Source: Acetobacterium wieringae (lineage in GTDB: Bacteria > Bacillota > Clostridia > Eubacteriales > Eubacteriaceae). Taken from it: DNA of 64,000 nucleotides. The notes beneath the pieces were generated by a model, which saw only the letters and a list, made by a program, of their open reading frames with translations, did not search any database and was not told where the DNA came from. This document shows positions 17,951 to 27,291 of this stretch, piece by piece (position 1 is the stretch's first letter; each line of letters opens with the position of its first letter). Where the stretch lies: assembly GCF_026646375.1 (NCBI RefSeq), contig NZ_JAIPPU010000014.1, positions 11,873-75,872 on the forward strand, in the 5' to 3' direction. The position numbers and the translations under genes are program-made.

Positions 17951-18640
17951 ATGAAATTAATCACCATCGCCGGGCCCCCATCCTCCGGCAAGACCGCTGT
18001 TATTTTAAAACTGATTGAAACCCTTAAGATGCCTCTGGGCAGCATTGGTGTGGTCAAATTTGATTGTCTCACTTCCTTCGACAATCTCAGCTATGAGGCC
18101 GCCCAAGTTCCCGTTCAAATGGGATTTTCCGGGAAAACATGTCCTGATCACTATTTTGTCAGCAATATTGAAGATGCTGTTCAATGGGGTATTGAGTCCG
18201 GTTTTAAACTGTTGATCACTGAAAGTGCCGGTCTCTGTAACCGCTGCTCCCCCTATATTAATAGCATTGCTTCGATCTGCGTCATTGATAATTTATCCGG
18301 GGTCAATACGCCCCGCAAAATTGGTCCGATGTTAAAGTTCGCTGACATTGTTGTTGTCACCAAGGGAGACATTGTTTCTCAGGCCGAGCGGGAAGTCTTT
18401 GCCTTTAACATCAAACAGGTTAATTTAACCGCCCGGATTATTTTTATCAATGGTATCACCGGACAAGGGACTTTTATGCTGGCCAAATATCTGAAAAACA
18501 CTCTGGAAATTGACACCATCCGGGACATGCGGCTCCGCTTTACCACCCCGGCGGCGGTTTGTTCCTATTGCACCGGTGAAACCCGAATTGGGGAACCCCA
18601 CCAACGGGGAATGCTCAAAAAAATGGAGTTTAAAAAATGA
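17951..18640 (+). CDS. P-loop GTPase of the G3E (HypB/UreG/CobW-like) type
   Basis: MKLITIAGPPSSGKTAV (Walker A), ESAGLCNRC, TKGD (NKxD-like) and Cys-rich segments CPDH / CSYCTGE. AAGGAAGG SD precedes ATG 17951. Confidence 0.7.
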   Translation: MKLITIAGPPSSGKTAVILKLIETLKMPLGSIGVVKFDCLTSFDNLSYEAAQVPVQMGFSGKTCPDHYFVSNIEDAVQWGIESGFKLLITESAGLCNRCSPYINSIASICVIDNLSGVNTPRKIGPMLKFADIVVVTKGDIVSQAEREVFAFNIKQVNLTARIIFINGITGQGTFMLAKYLKNTLEIDTIRDMRLRFTTPAAVCSYCTGETRIGEPHQRGMLKKMEFKK

Positions 18641-19662
18641 TGACTGCTTCTGATTTTATGACCCTTCTCAATAACGAAGATCTGTCCCTTGTGATCGAAC
18701 GCTATCCGATCACCCTGGATTTTCTGGCTAACTATCGGTTAAGCGATATCGCCACTGATCGACTGCTGCTTGATGCCCTGATGGGCGTTGAAGACGAAAT
18801 TCTGGAGGAATTTGGGTTTGAACCTTATGATCTCTTGTACAATCTGGCCATCTTTCTTAAAACATTTTCCGAAACCCGCACCACTATTGATGGGGTCACC
18901 TCGATTACCATTAATGGCGGCATCAATAAATTAAAACAACCGGAAAATATCAGTCTGACCATTTCTGCCGGGGAAGTTATCAGCGTTGTCGGCCCCACCG
19001 GATCGGGGAAAAGCCGATTACTCAATGACATTGAGTGTCTGGCGCAGCGGGATACCCCAACCCGGCGCCAGATAATGATTAATAATCGTTCTCTGGATGA
19101 TACCCAACGTTTTGAAATGGATGGCAAACTGGTGGCCCAGCTTTCCCAGAACATGAATTTCGTGATGGATCTGACAGTTCGGGAATTTCTGGAAATGCAC
19201 GCTAAATGCCGGTTGTCTCCCAATGTAAATGAAGTGGTAGAAACGTGTTTTTCCTGCGCCAATGATCTGGCTGGCGAAAAGTTTTCTGATGATACCAAGG
19301 TCACCCAGCTCAGCGGTGGGCAGTCCCGGGCGCTGATGATTGCTGACACCGCGTTCATGAGTGATTCTCCCATCGTTTTAATCGATGAGATTGAAAACGC
19401 CGGGATCGATCGCCGTGAGGCCATTTTGCTGCTGGCAAAGCGTGAAAAAATTATTTTCGTATCAACCCATGATCCGCTATTGGCACTCAATGCTGACAAA
19501 CGAATTATTATCAAAAACGGTGGTATTGACAGAATTATTGAAACGTCAACGGAAGAACGGCAAAGTTTGGTTCTGATCGAAAAACTGGATAATCAACTGC
19601 TCAAACTGCGCAATCATTTACGCAGTGGTGATTTGATCACCAAAGAACTAATAAATCTGTAA
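18637..19662 (+). CDS. Soluble ABC-type ATPase with about 100-aa N-terminal extension (no cognate TMD)
   Basis: Walker A GPTGSGKS, signature LSGGQSR, Walker B VLIDEIENAG. ATGATG start overlaps the preceding stop. Confidence 0.8.
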   Translation: MMTASDFMTLLNNEDLSLVIERYPITLDFLANYRLSDIATDRLLLDALMGVEDEILEEFGFEPYDLLYNLAIFLKTFSETRTTIDGVTSITINGGINKLKQPENISLTISAGEVISVVGPTGSGKSRLLNDIECLAQRDTPTRRQIMINNRSLDDTQRFEMDGKLVAQLSQNMNFVMDLTVREFLEMHAKCRLSPNVNEVVETCFSCANDLAGEKFSDDTKVTQLSGGQSRALMIADTAFMSDSPIVLIDEIENAGIDRREAILLLAKREKIIFVSTHDPLLALNADKRIIIKNGGIDRIIETSTEERQSLVLIEKLDNQLLKLRNHLRSGDLITKELINL

Positions 19663-19674
19663 GGAGAATCGCTT

Positions 19675-20451
19675 ATGTGGGAATTATATGATGCCCTGAT
19701 TGATGGCATCCCAGAAAATTATGGCGTTGATGAGTTGATCTGCGGTAAAAAACGCGCCTATGTCCGCAGCGGTGACGGTGTCGGAATCGCCTCGCCCCGG
19801 CTTTGCGAAACCCGGCTGCCGATGTTGACAAAAAACATGCTCGACCTGCCCTTACGGGAGGTTGCCAGTTGTGCAAAATCCTGGAATTTCGTCGAGGCAG
19901 CCGTGGGAATTGCGGCGATCAATGCCTATTACAACAACCCTCAAATTGCCCGAGCCAATGGCATCGAATTCTCGGATAAGCAGCGGGTGGAGGATCGTAA
20001 CTTTGATCCTTTTATTATGTGCCAAAACGATATCAAGGATAAAAAAGTCGCTGTGATTGGACATTTTCCCTATATTGAAAAGCTGATGGCACCAGTCTGT
20101 GATTTTTCAATTATCGAGTGGAACCCGGAATCCGGTGATTACCCCATCTCTGCCAGCGAGTATATTCTACCAGACTGCGACTATGTCTATATCACCTGCG
20201 CATCACTGCTGGACAAAACGCTGCCACGCTTTCTGGAACTGTCAAAAAATGCCCGGCGCATTACCATTGTTGGACCCGGGACGCCCCTGGCACCAGCATT
20301 GTTTAACTTTGGCGTCGATGAGTTATCCGGATTTATGGTTAAAGACAATGTACGAGCCGCCCGGATTGCCGCCGGCGCTGAAAATGTCAAGATTTCTGTC
20401 ACTGGTCAAAAGGTTGCTTTTAAAAAAGCATCTGAGGTGAGCGCGCGATGA
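19675..20451 (+). CDS. DUF4213/DUF364 ('putative heavy-metal chelation', Rossmann-like) protein
   Basis: MWELYDALIDGIP...AYVRSGDGVGIA...KKVAVIGHFPYIEKL...DYVYITCASLLDKTL resembles the DUF364 family as I remember it. Confidence 0.7.
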   Translation: MWELYDALIDGIPENYGVDELICGKKRAYVRSGDGVGIASPRLCETRLPMLTKNMLDLPLREVASCAKSWNFVEAAVGIAAINAYYNNPQIARANGIEFSDKQRVEDRNFDPFIMCQNDIKDKKVAVIGHFPYIEKLMAPVCDFSIIEWNPESGDYPISASEYILPDCDYVYITCASLLDKTLPRFLELSKNARRITIVGPGTPLAPALFNFGVDELSGFMVKDNVRAARIAAGAENVKISVTGQKVAFKKASEVSAR

Positions 20452-21149
20452 ATTTCAGCTGGGATCCAACAACAATTAAATGGTATCAGGAAGCCAATGC
20501 GTATTCGCAATTTTTCAAAAACATTGCCGACTTTATTGCCCCCAGTTTAAACGGCTATACCACTTTATGCGATATTGGTTGTGGACTGGGCCTGATCGAT
20601 CTGGAATTAAGCAAACATATCGATCATATCACCTGCATTGATATTAATGAATTCGCCCTCAATTCTCTAAAGACAAGCATTGCCAAACAAGGAATTACCA
20701 ATATCGAGCCCCAGCTGCTAAACTGTGATGACATTGAGAGCACTTGGGATGTCATCTATACCAGCTTTTTTGGCAGTCGCGAACCCGAAAAATTCCTGCC
20801 CTACTGTCGTAAGCAAATTTCTGTCGTCAGCCAAAAGACCGTCAACCATTCATCAATCGAAAAATACAAATCCTTTCATAAAAATACCTGTGATCAGGTT
20901 GCCGCTGTTTTAAATAAGAAAAGCATCCCCTATTCCGTTACTGAACTCACGTTTGAATTTGGCCAGCCACTTGCTTCCTTTGAAGAGGGAGCGCAGTTTG
21001 TCCGCAAAAACTATCCCAAAGTCAATGAGGCCGATCTGCAACATTTTCTGGCAGAAAATCTGATCCAAACCAATCAAACCGATTACCCCTTCTATCTTCC
21101 CAAAAAGAAATCATTGGGAATTTTTGAAATCGAAGGGCGGTGTCACTAA
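20448..21149 (+). CDS. Class I SAM-dependent methyltransferase
   Basis: Motif I LCDIGCGLGLIDLEL. The start overlaps the upstream stop (ATGA). Confidence 0.8.
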   Translation: MNFSWDPTTIKWYQEANAYSQFFKNIADFIAPSLNGYTTLCDIGCGLGLIDLELSKHIDHITCIDINEFALNSLKTSIAKQGITNIEPQLLNCDDIESTWDVIYTSFFGSREPEKFLPYCRKQISVVSQKTVNHSSIEKYKSFHKNTCDQVAAVLNKKSIPYSVTELTFEFGQPLASFEEGAQFVRKNYPKVNEADLQHFLAENLIQTNQTDYPFYLPKKKSLGIFEIEGRCH

Positions 21150-21701
21150 ATGCACGTCTTTTTAACCGGGCCAATACAAATCGGAAAAAGCACCATTATC
21201 AAGCGAACCCTGGGTCAGCTAAATCGGACTTACGGTGGTTTTAAAACTTATTTTGGACCCGATCGGAGTTCTGACGATCGGTTACTCTATCTGAATGAGG
21301 CTGCCGAGCCCAAATTTTTCACCACCGATCACGGCATTGCTGTTTTTAAAAAAGATTGTTTGCCGCAAGTTGATGACGCCCGATTCAATACCGATGGTGT
21401 TACATTGATCCAGCAAGCCAAAGCCAACGCTGCGATGATTGTCATGGATGAGTGCGGAAATCTTGAACGCAATGCCCTTACCTTTCAGCGTGAAATTTTA
21501 AATACCCTGGATGGCGACACGCCTGTTTTAGGGGTGATTAAATATGACAGCAACGGCTGGACGGATATGATTCGATGCCATAAAAAAGTAAAACTGATCA
21601 CCGTTACCAGCCAAAACCGTAATGAGCTCCCCGCTCGTCTTGTCAATTATTACCTCCAAAGTGGCTGTTTAAAAATCTCTGATGGTTATTTGCTGTCGTA
21701 G
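21150..21701 (+). CDS. THEP1-like P-loop nucleoside-triphosphatase
   Basis: MHVFLTGPIQIGKSTII Walker A and IVMDECG Walker B. It starts immediately after the upstream TAA. Confidence 0.65.
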   Translation: MHVFLTGPIQIGKSTIIKRTLGQLNRTYGGFKTYFGPDRSSDDRLLYLNEAAEPKFFTTDHGIAVFKKDCLPQVDDARFNTDGVTLIQQAKANAAMIVMDECGNLERNALTFQREILNTLDGDTPVLGVIKYDSNGWTDMIRCHKKVKLITVTSQNRNELPARLVNYYLQSGCLKISDGYLLS

Positions 21702-24700
21702 TACAGCCTCGATTTCCTCTGCCTGCATTGGCTTGTGGTAGTAAAAACCCTGAACAGTATCACACCGGTTTTCTTTTAGAAAATTGACTTGTTCGATGGT
21801 TTCCGCACCTTCAGCAATTACAGAGATACCCAAATTTTTAGCCAGCTGGATGATTGTATTAATAATGGCCTGATCTTTTTCATCGCCAACAATCCCATCA
21901 ATAAACTGCTTATCGATTTTCAGCTGATCTATGGGCAGCAGTTTCAGACGACTCAGAGACGAATATTCAGTGCCAAAGTCATCGATCGAAATATAGACTC
22001 CTATTTTTTTTAGTTGCTTCAATACACTAACAATATAGTTGGCTCTGTTGATGGCAATACTCTCAGTCAACTCCAGTTCCAGATATTTGGATTTTAGCTC
22101 TGTTTCTTTGATTAATTTTTGAATCTGATTGATTAACAGCGGATTTCGAAATTGGGTGGCCGAGACATTTACAGCTATGCGAACATGGGATAGTCCTTTA
22201 TCCTGCCAACTTTTATTTTGAAGACAGGCTGTTTTTAACACCCATTCCCCAATGGGGTTGATCAGCCCGGTTTGTTCAGCAAGGGGAATAATTATCTTCG
22301 GCGGAATCTGCCCCAGTTCCGGATGCTGCCATCTCAACAACGCCTCAACAGCAACAATTTTGCCGGTTTCCAGAGAAATCTGGGGTTGATAATAGACCCG
22401 TAATTCATCATTGTCCAATGCATGATACAAATGACTGATGAGTTTGTTCTTAAACTCAACTTCCTCATATATGGCACTTGAACACAGTACGTAATTATTC
22501 TTGCCCTTATCCTTAGCCTTATACATGGCAATGTCGGCATTCTTAAGCAGTTCCTCAGCGGTTCCCCCATCTTTGGGAAAAATAGCAATACCAGCATTGG
22601 CCGCCATATAAAATTCCTGGCCGCTGACGATAAAAGGATACTTAAATACACCAATGATTCGGTTTGCAACCTTCAATAGCTCTTTTTCCCGGGCGATGTT
22701 ATTGATCATAATGACAAATTCATCCCCTTCAAAGCGGCAAACGGTATCGGTTTTTTTGATCGATTGAGCTAACTTCTGACTGACCTGGATCAGCAATTTG
22801 TCCCCACCTTCATGCCCCATCATATCGTTAACGGTTCTAAAACTGTCAATGTCAAGATAGATAAAACCAATCATCTTTTCATCGGCTCGGGATGCCTCAA
22901 TTTGTTTTGCCGCCCGTTCGCTAAACAATAGTCGATTTGGCAATCCGGTCAATTGGTCATAATATGCCCGATATCGGATTTCCTGTTCAGACTGAATCTT
23001 TGACATCGCATCGGCCAGAAGATTGGCGATGATCTCCAACATATCCGCATAACGTTCATCAATGACTGCAACTTCTCGGAAAAAAGAAAATACTAAAAAG
23101 CCCTGAACATCGTCCCCCCGACAAGAAATCGGAATGGCCATGATTACATTGCTATTGCCGCATATTTTTTGATCTTCCTGTTGTTCTTCTGATTGATTCG
23201 CTTGCTCTAAACAATGCACCACCTGATTGGCAAGAATCCGCTCAATCCAGGCTGGTGCATTTGCCACCGGCATCTCCTGATGACAATTTTTTTGTGGTTC
23301 TAGCCCTTCTCGGTACCATTCATCAGTACAACTGAAGTTAGTTTTATCCAGACTGAAAAAAAACAGACACGTCCGATCGATATCAAATATTTCGCCGCTT
23401 TTTTTTAGCCATTTACCCGTGATGGCTTCAAAATTCTCACTATTAACGGTCAGAAAGTCTGCGGAAACCTGAGCAATCATTTTCTGAATCTTAATCTGTT
23501 CGGTATTCTCTTTGAGTCGCTGAACATACAATGCGTTGACAAAAAAGGCCACCCAGATACCGATGCCAAACAATCCGATTCTAGCCACGTGCTCACTGCT
23601 GTCAATTACCACAATCGTCTGCGGCATAATGATAAACGCCAGAATCTGGGTCAAAAAAATCGACACCGTGATCCCCACGATAGCAATCCGATTATTGAAC
23701 ACAAGGGTCATAATAATCAAAATAAACGGAAATGCCCATACTGTCAGACTGGCAGAGCTGATAAACCGGAGGGTAATCACCGGAATAGCGGCTACCAGAA
23801 TCACCATAATGATCATATTTTGATACTTTCTTAGAAGGTTGCTCCGTTGCGTAATCTGAATCACTAGCCCAACCAGCAGCAGCAGGCTGCTAAAACGGAG
23901 AACGGCGGTGATCTCATCGGAACTTGCCGTAAAATACTGGGAAATAATATTCAGTAGACTTCCGGCAACAAAGACCACCGTCAGGTAATCAAAAATCTGC
24001 TTTCGGGTATGATTATTTAAAATCATTTCGTAGGTGCTGATGCGCTTCATCTTCACCAAGCCGTATTTTTTGATTGAAAAAAAGATACACACCGTCACAA
24101 TGTACATAATGTTTGGCAGTATTTGAAGGATTGAAGTAAATAAAAACAATTGACTGAGCACCTTAAAACTAACTGCCACTGCCAATGATACAAAAAAGCA
24201 CAGCAAAATATAGCGGCCCTGCTTTTTATGTTGTTGATTTTGTGTGTTTCTGATCCAATCAATCAATAACACCAGCCCCAATATAATGCCGCCAAAATAG
24301 TATAAATCATACAGTCGATCCCAGCCGTTATTCCCTGGGGTATTGATCCAGCCAAAGATGGTGTTCTCCAAATTATACTGAATAACTGCTAAGTCATGCG
24401 ACAGTGAAAACACATAAATTAAAACTGCTGCCGGGATGTAGATCAAAAAATAAAGCCACCACTGTTTTAACAGCTTGTTACGCTGGGTTAGTGCCAAAAA
24501 ATAATGAAACAGCAACCCCGGAAATGTAGCCCACCCCAATGCCGATACCCGACGCCAGAATAAACAGGTTTCCATATCCGGTGCCGAAACCGACAGGGCA
24601 AATGCGAAAGCCCAAACGCTTAAGAAGATACACAACACAAAAAAAAGGCGATTGCTCTTCTCTTTTGAGTTCGTCAAAACGATATTGCTACCAAAAAAAA

Positions 24701-24758
24701 CATAGCTACCACTAATCACAACAAATATAAATGAAACCAGATATGGTATTATCTCCAC
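21669..24758 (-). CDS. Multi-TM sensor with GAF-like region, degenerate GGDEF and intact EAL domain
   Basis: About 400 aa of TM helices. The GGDEF site reads RFEGDEF. EAL motifs are EALLRW, DDFGTEYSSL, KIDKQFI, AEGAET and QGFYYHKP. GTG start with AAAGGAG SD. Confidence 0.9.
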   Translation of the reverse strand: MEIIPYLVSFIFVVISGSYVFFGSNIVLTNSKEKSNRLFFVLCIFLSVWAFAFALSVSAPDMETCLFWRRVSALGWATFPGLLFHYFLALTQRNKLLKQWWLYFLIYIPAAVLIYVFSLSHDLAVIQYNLENTIFGWINTPGNNGWDRLYDLYYFGGIILGLVLLIDWIRNTQNQQHKKQGRYILLCFFVSLAVAVSFKVLSQLFLFTSILQILPNIMYIVTVCIFFSIKKYGLVKMKRISTYEMILNNHTRKQIFDYLTVVFVAGSLLNIISQYFTASSDEITAVLRFSSLLLLVGLVIQITQRSNLLRKYQNMIIMVILVAAIPVITLRFISSASLTVWAFPFILIIMTLVFNNRIAIVGITVSIFLTQILAFIIMPQTIVVIDSSEHVARIGLFGIGIWVAFFVNALYVQRLKENTEQIKIQKMIAQVSADFLTVNSENFEAITGKWLKKSGEIFDIDRTCLFFFSLDKTNFSCTDEWYREGLEPQKNCHQEMPVANAPAWIERILANQVVHCLEQANQSEEQQEDQKICGNSNVIMAIPISCRGDDVQGFLVFSFFREVAVIDERYADMLEIIANLLADAMSKIQSEQEIRYRAYYDQLTGLPNRLLFSERAAKQIEASRADEKMIGFIYLDIDSFRTVNDMMGHEGGDKLLIQVSQKLAQSIKKTDTVCRFEGDEFVIMINNIAREKELLKVANRIIGVFKYPFIVSGQEFYMAANAGIAIFPKDGGTAEELLKNADIAMYKAKDKGKNNYVLCSSAIYEEVEFKNKLISHLYHALDNDELRVYYQPQISLETGKIVAVEALLRWQHPELGQIPPKIIIPLAEQTGLINPIGEWVLKTACLQNKSWQDKGLSHVRIAVNVSATQFRNPLLINQIQKLIKETELKSKYLELELTESIAINRANYIVSVLKQLKKIGVYISIDDFGTEYSSLSRLKLLPIDQLKIDKQFIDGIVGDEKDQAIINTIIQLAKNLGISVIAEGAETIEQVNFLKENRCDTVQGFYYHKPMQAEEIEAVLRQQITIRDF

Positions 24759-24978
24759 AATTGCTCCTTTCCCATGATTTGTATTGGATCACAAGAAACT
24801 AAGACCTTGATTATTACTTTACTGTAGTTTATACCCATTAAATTTCAAATATTTCATAATCTGATTGTGATTTAATTATTTAACATATTCCAAGCCTTTT
24901 ATGCTCTTTTTTGGTGTACACTCAACAGCTCACTCCCATGAGTCTTTGAGGCCCCAACAAATATAAATAATCCAAATA

Positions 24979-25016
24979 TAAAAAAGGTGGGCTAGTCATT
25001 ACTTAACTGGCCCACC
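24979..25016 (-). terminator. Intrinsic terminator after the rhodanese gene
   Basis: GGTGGGCTAG / CTGGCCCACC stem (one mismatch), followed on the minus strand by UUUUUU. Confidence 0.65.
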
Positions 25017-25125
25017 TCACCTCTTTATCGATTATCATCTTTAACAATCTTCAAACCTGCAATTACTGACAAATCCCAATCCATCAGTATTTCATTAAGA
25101 ATTCAGCAATTAGTTACTTCACCAC

Positions 25126-25509
25126 TTAATAAGGCCAATCCACAATGCCACCAAAATCATAGACATTGGTATAACCACTGTCCACCAGTTTTTTAGCCGC
25201 CGCGGCGCTTCGACGGCCGGTGCGACAATAAACAAGAATGGTCTGGTTCTGATCGGCTAAAACTGTGGGTGCCTTAGTGCTGATCTCCGTATCTGGAATC
25301 AGCACAGCATTTTCAATATGACCTTCGTTATATTCCTCCTGAGTTCGGACATCCAAAACGACCAGGTCATCATTCCCATCAATCATGACTTTTGCCTCTT
25401 CCGCTGTAATTTTTTTAGCTGACACCACATTCTCCTTTGCTTTTTCCTGACTTGAACATCCAGCCACCAAAATGACCACCACCAGCATCAGTATTCCTAA
25501 CTTTTTCAT
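25126..25509 (-). CDS. Rhodanese-domain lipoprotein
   Basis: Lipobox LVAGC|SS. Rhodanese active-site loop YCRTGRRS. Confidence 0.85.
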   Translation of the reverse strand: MKKLGILMLVVVILVAGCSSQEKAKENVVSAKKITAEEAKVMIDGNDDLVVLDVRTQEEYNEGHIENAVLIPDTEISTKAPTVLADQNQTILVYCRTGRRSAAAAKKLVDSGYTNVYDFGGIVDWPY

Positions 25510-25546
25510 CGCTTTGCCTTTCAAGAAAACCAGCTCATCCGCTCAG

Positions 25547-27187
25547 TTAGTATATTCCATAAAATTCTTCCATCGTTTTACCGCTGCTGTAAATAGCAGT
25601 AGCCACCGGAACCCCCAGGTACCGCAGATGCCAAGGTTCATAGGCATAGCCAGTGATATTGGTTTTACCCTGGGGATAGCGAACAATAAAGCCATATTCA
25701 TGGGCATGATCCCGAATAAACTGTCCTTCCGCCGTTAAGCCAAAGTTTTCCACCAGATCAAAATCAACGGTGGCGGATGTGACATCCATGGCCAATCCCA
25801 ATTGATGTTCGCTCATCCCCGGTCGGGCACTGACCAGCTCCGCCCCGGCGACTCCATACATTTCGACATTCCATTGATACAACGCCGACTGAGTTGCATA
25901 GGAACGATACCCGGAATTGCAGTAGAGAATCAAGCCCTGAGCACTGGCACCATTAAACAGCTCAATGAGATGTTCGGCGGCATCGGCCCGCAATTGCGTA
26001 TCCCGGGTGGAAGGTAGATTTACCCAAACCAGATCTCCCGGCACATAATCCGCTGGAATATGATGGTTTTTATTGACCAGCTGGGCCAGTGAGCCCAATT
26101 CATTGGCGGTATTGTCGGGTATCGGCAAGCCTTTTAGTTGAACAATTATTTTGATACCTTCCAGCCGCAACCCTAAACCTTCTGTCCCTGCACTTTCACC
26201 ATTCATCACCCAGGGCATCCAGCCAAAGCCTTCCACATAAGCTTCATAATACACATCGAACAGATTGGCATTGGCTCCCGTCAATCGGATCTTTATCCCT
26301 TCCAATCGCAACCCCTGACTTGAAGTACCACTCAGTTCGCCATCCTCTTTCCAATCCTGCCAACCAAGATTCTGGACATGGGTCTGGTATTCAAAGCCAA
26401 CATTACTTTCCCGATTTTCATTTTTTATTTCGATGGCTTCCAGACGCAGATTCTGTTCGGTGGTACCACTCATTTCGCCGTTTTTCTGCCATCCTTGCCA
26501 GCCGATATTCTGGATATGCGTCCGATAGGTCGATTGGATGTTGGTAGTGACAAAGGGCCGCTCGGTCGCTCCCGGTGCCGACTCGCCCTTAGGCAGCACC
26601 ATGATTCTGATCCCCTCCAGCCTTAAACCAAACCCTTCGGTTCCGGCACTGGCATCATTCTTAGCCCAATCCAGCCAGCCAAAATTCTGGGCGTGAACCT
26701 GATAGTAAACGTCATAATTCTCTGCATCAGCCCCGCTTAGCCGGATTTTGATGGCTTCCAGCCGGAGTGACTGGCCCGATGTTCCGCTCATGGCACCATT
26801 CTTTACGTAATTCTGCCAGCCAATATTTTCCACGTGGGTGGTATATTCAACCCCCACATCGCCGCTGACATTTTCCAGGTTGATTTCAATCCCCTCCAAC
26901 CGCAGCCCCTGGCCTTCCGTGCCACTCATAGCTCCGTTGCTGACAAAACTCTGCCAGCCGACATTCTGAACATGAGTTCGGTACGAACACCCCATCATCG
27001 CATTCACAGTACGCTCTGAGGTCACAACCCGATCCACTGAATCGGCTGTGACAGCGTTTTCAGTTTGTGTCGAATTCTCCTCTGCGCTAACCCTGCTGAT
27101 CAGCGGCATCATCGCCAACAACAAAACCAGACCAAATAAACCAATCAGAGTGATCCTCACTGCCCTTAATCTTAACATTTCACTCAT
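25547..27187 (-). CDS. Secreted VanY/M15B-type D-Ala-D-Ala carboxypeptidase with six ChW repeats
   Basis: Six repeats of Y.(T/V)H.QN.GWQ.W...G..SGT.G..LRLE(G/A)I.I (Clostridial hydrophobic-W). The C-terminal VanY-like part contains SGYRSY...SEHQLGLAMD...EPWHLRY. Confidence 0.85.
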   Translation of the reverse strand: MSEMLRLRAVRITLIGLFGLVLLLAMMPLISRVSAEENSTQTENAVTADSVDRVVTSERTVNAMMGCSYRTHVQNVGWQSFVSNGAMSGTEGQGLRLEGIEINLENVSGDVGVEYTTHVENIGWQNYVKNGAMSGTSGQSLRLEAIKIRLSGADAENYDVYYQVHAQNFGWLDWAKNDASAGTEGFGLRLEGIRIMVLPKGESAPGATERPFVTTNIQSTYRTHIQNIGWQGWQKNGEMSGTTEQNLRLEAIEIKNENRESNVGFEYQTHVQNLGWQDWKEDGELSGTSSQGLRLEGIKIRLTGANANLFDVYYEAYVEGFGWMPWVMNGESAGTEGLGLRLEGIKIIVQLKGLPIPDNTANELGSLAQLVNKNHHIPADYVPGDLVWVNLPSTRDTQLRADAAEHLIELFNGASAQGLILYCNSGYRSYATQSALYQWNVEMYGVAGAELVSARPGMSEHQLGLAMDVTSATVDFDLVENFGLTAEGQFIRDHAHEYGFIVRYPQGKTNITGYAYEPWHLRYLGVPVATAIYSSGKTMEEFYGIY

Positions 27188-27291
27188 CCCTTCCTTTTAT
27201 ACATTTATTATCTCAAAAAATTAATTCCCATGATTTATTTTATCATAAATCATGGGAATGGTCAGATAATTTGTATACATTTGCTATAAAA

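Noticed and set aside
18825-19514. 229-aa minus-strand ORF opposite the soluble ABC ATPase gene
   Set aside because: Antisense shadow. The plus-strand frame carries Walker A, signature and Walker B motifs.
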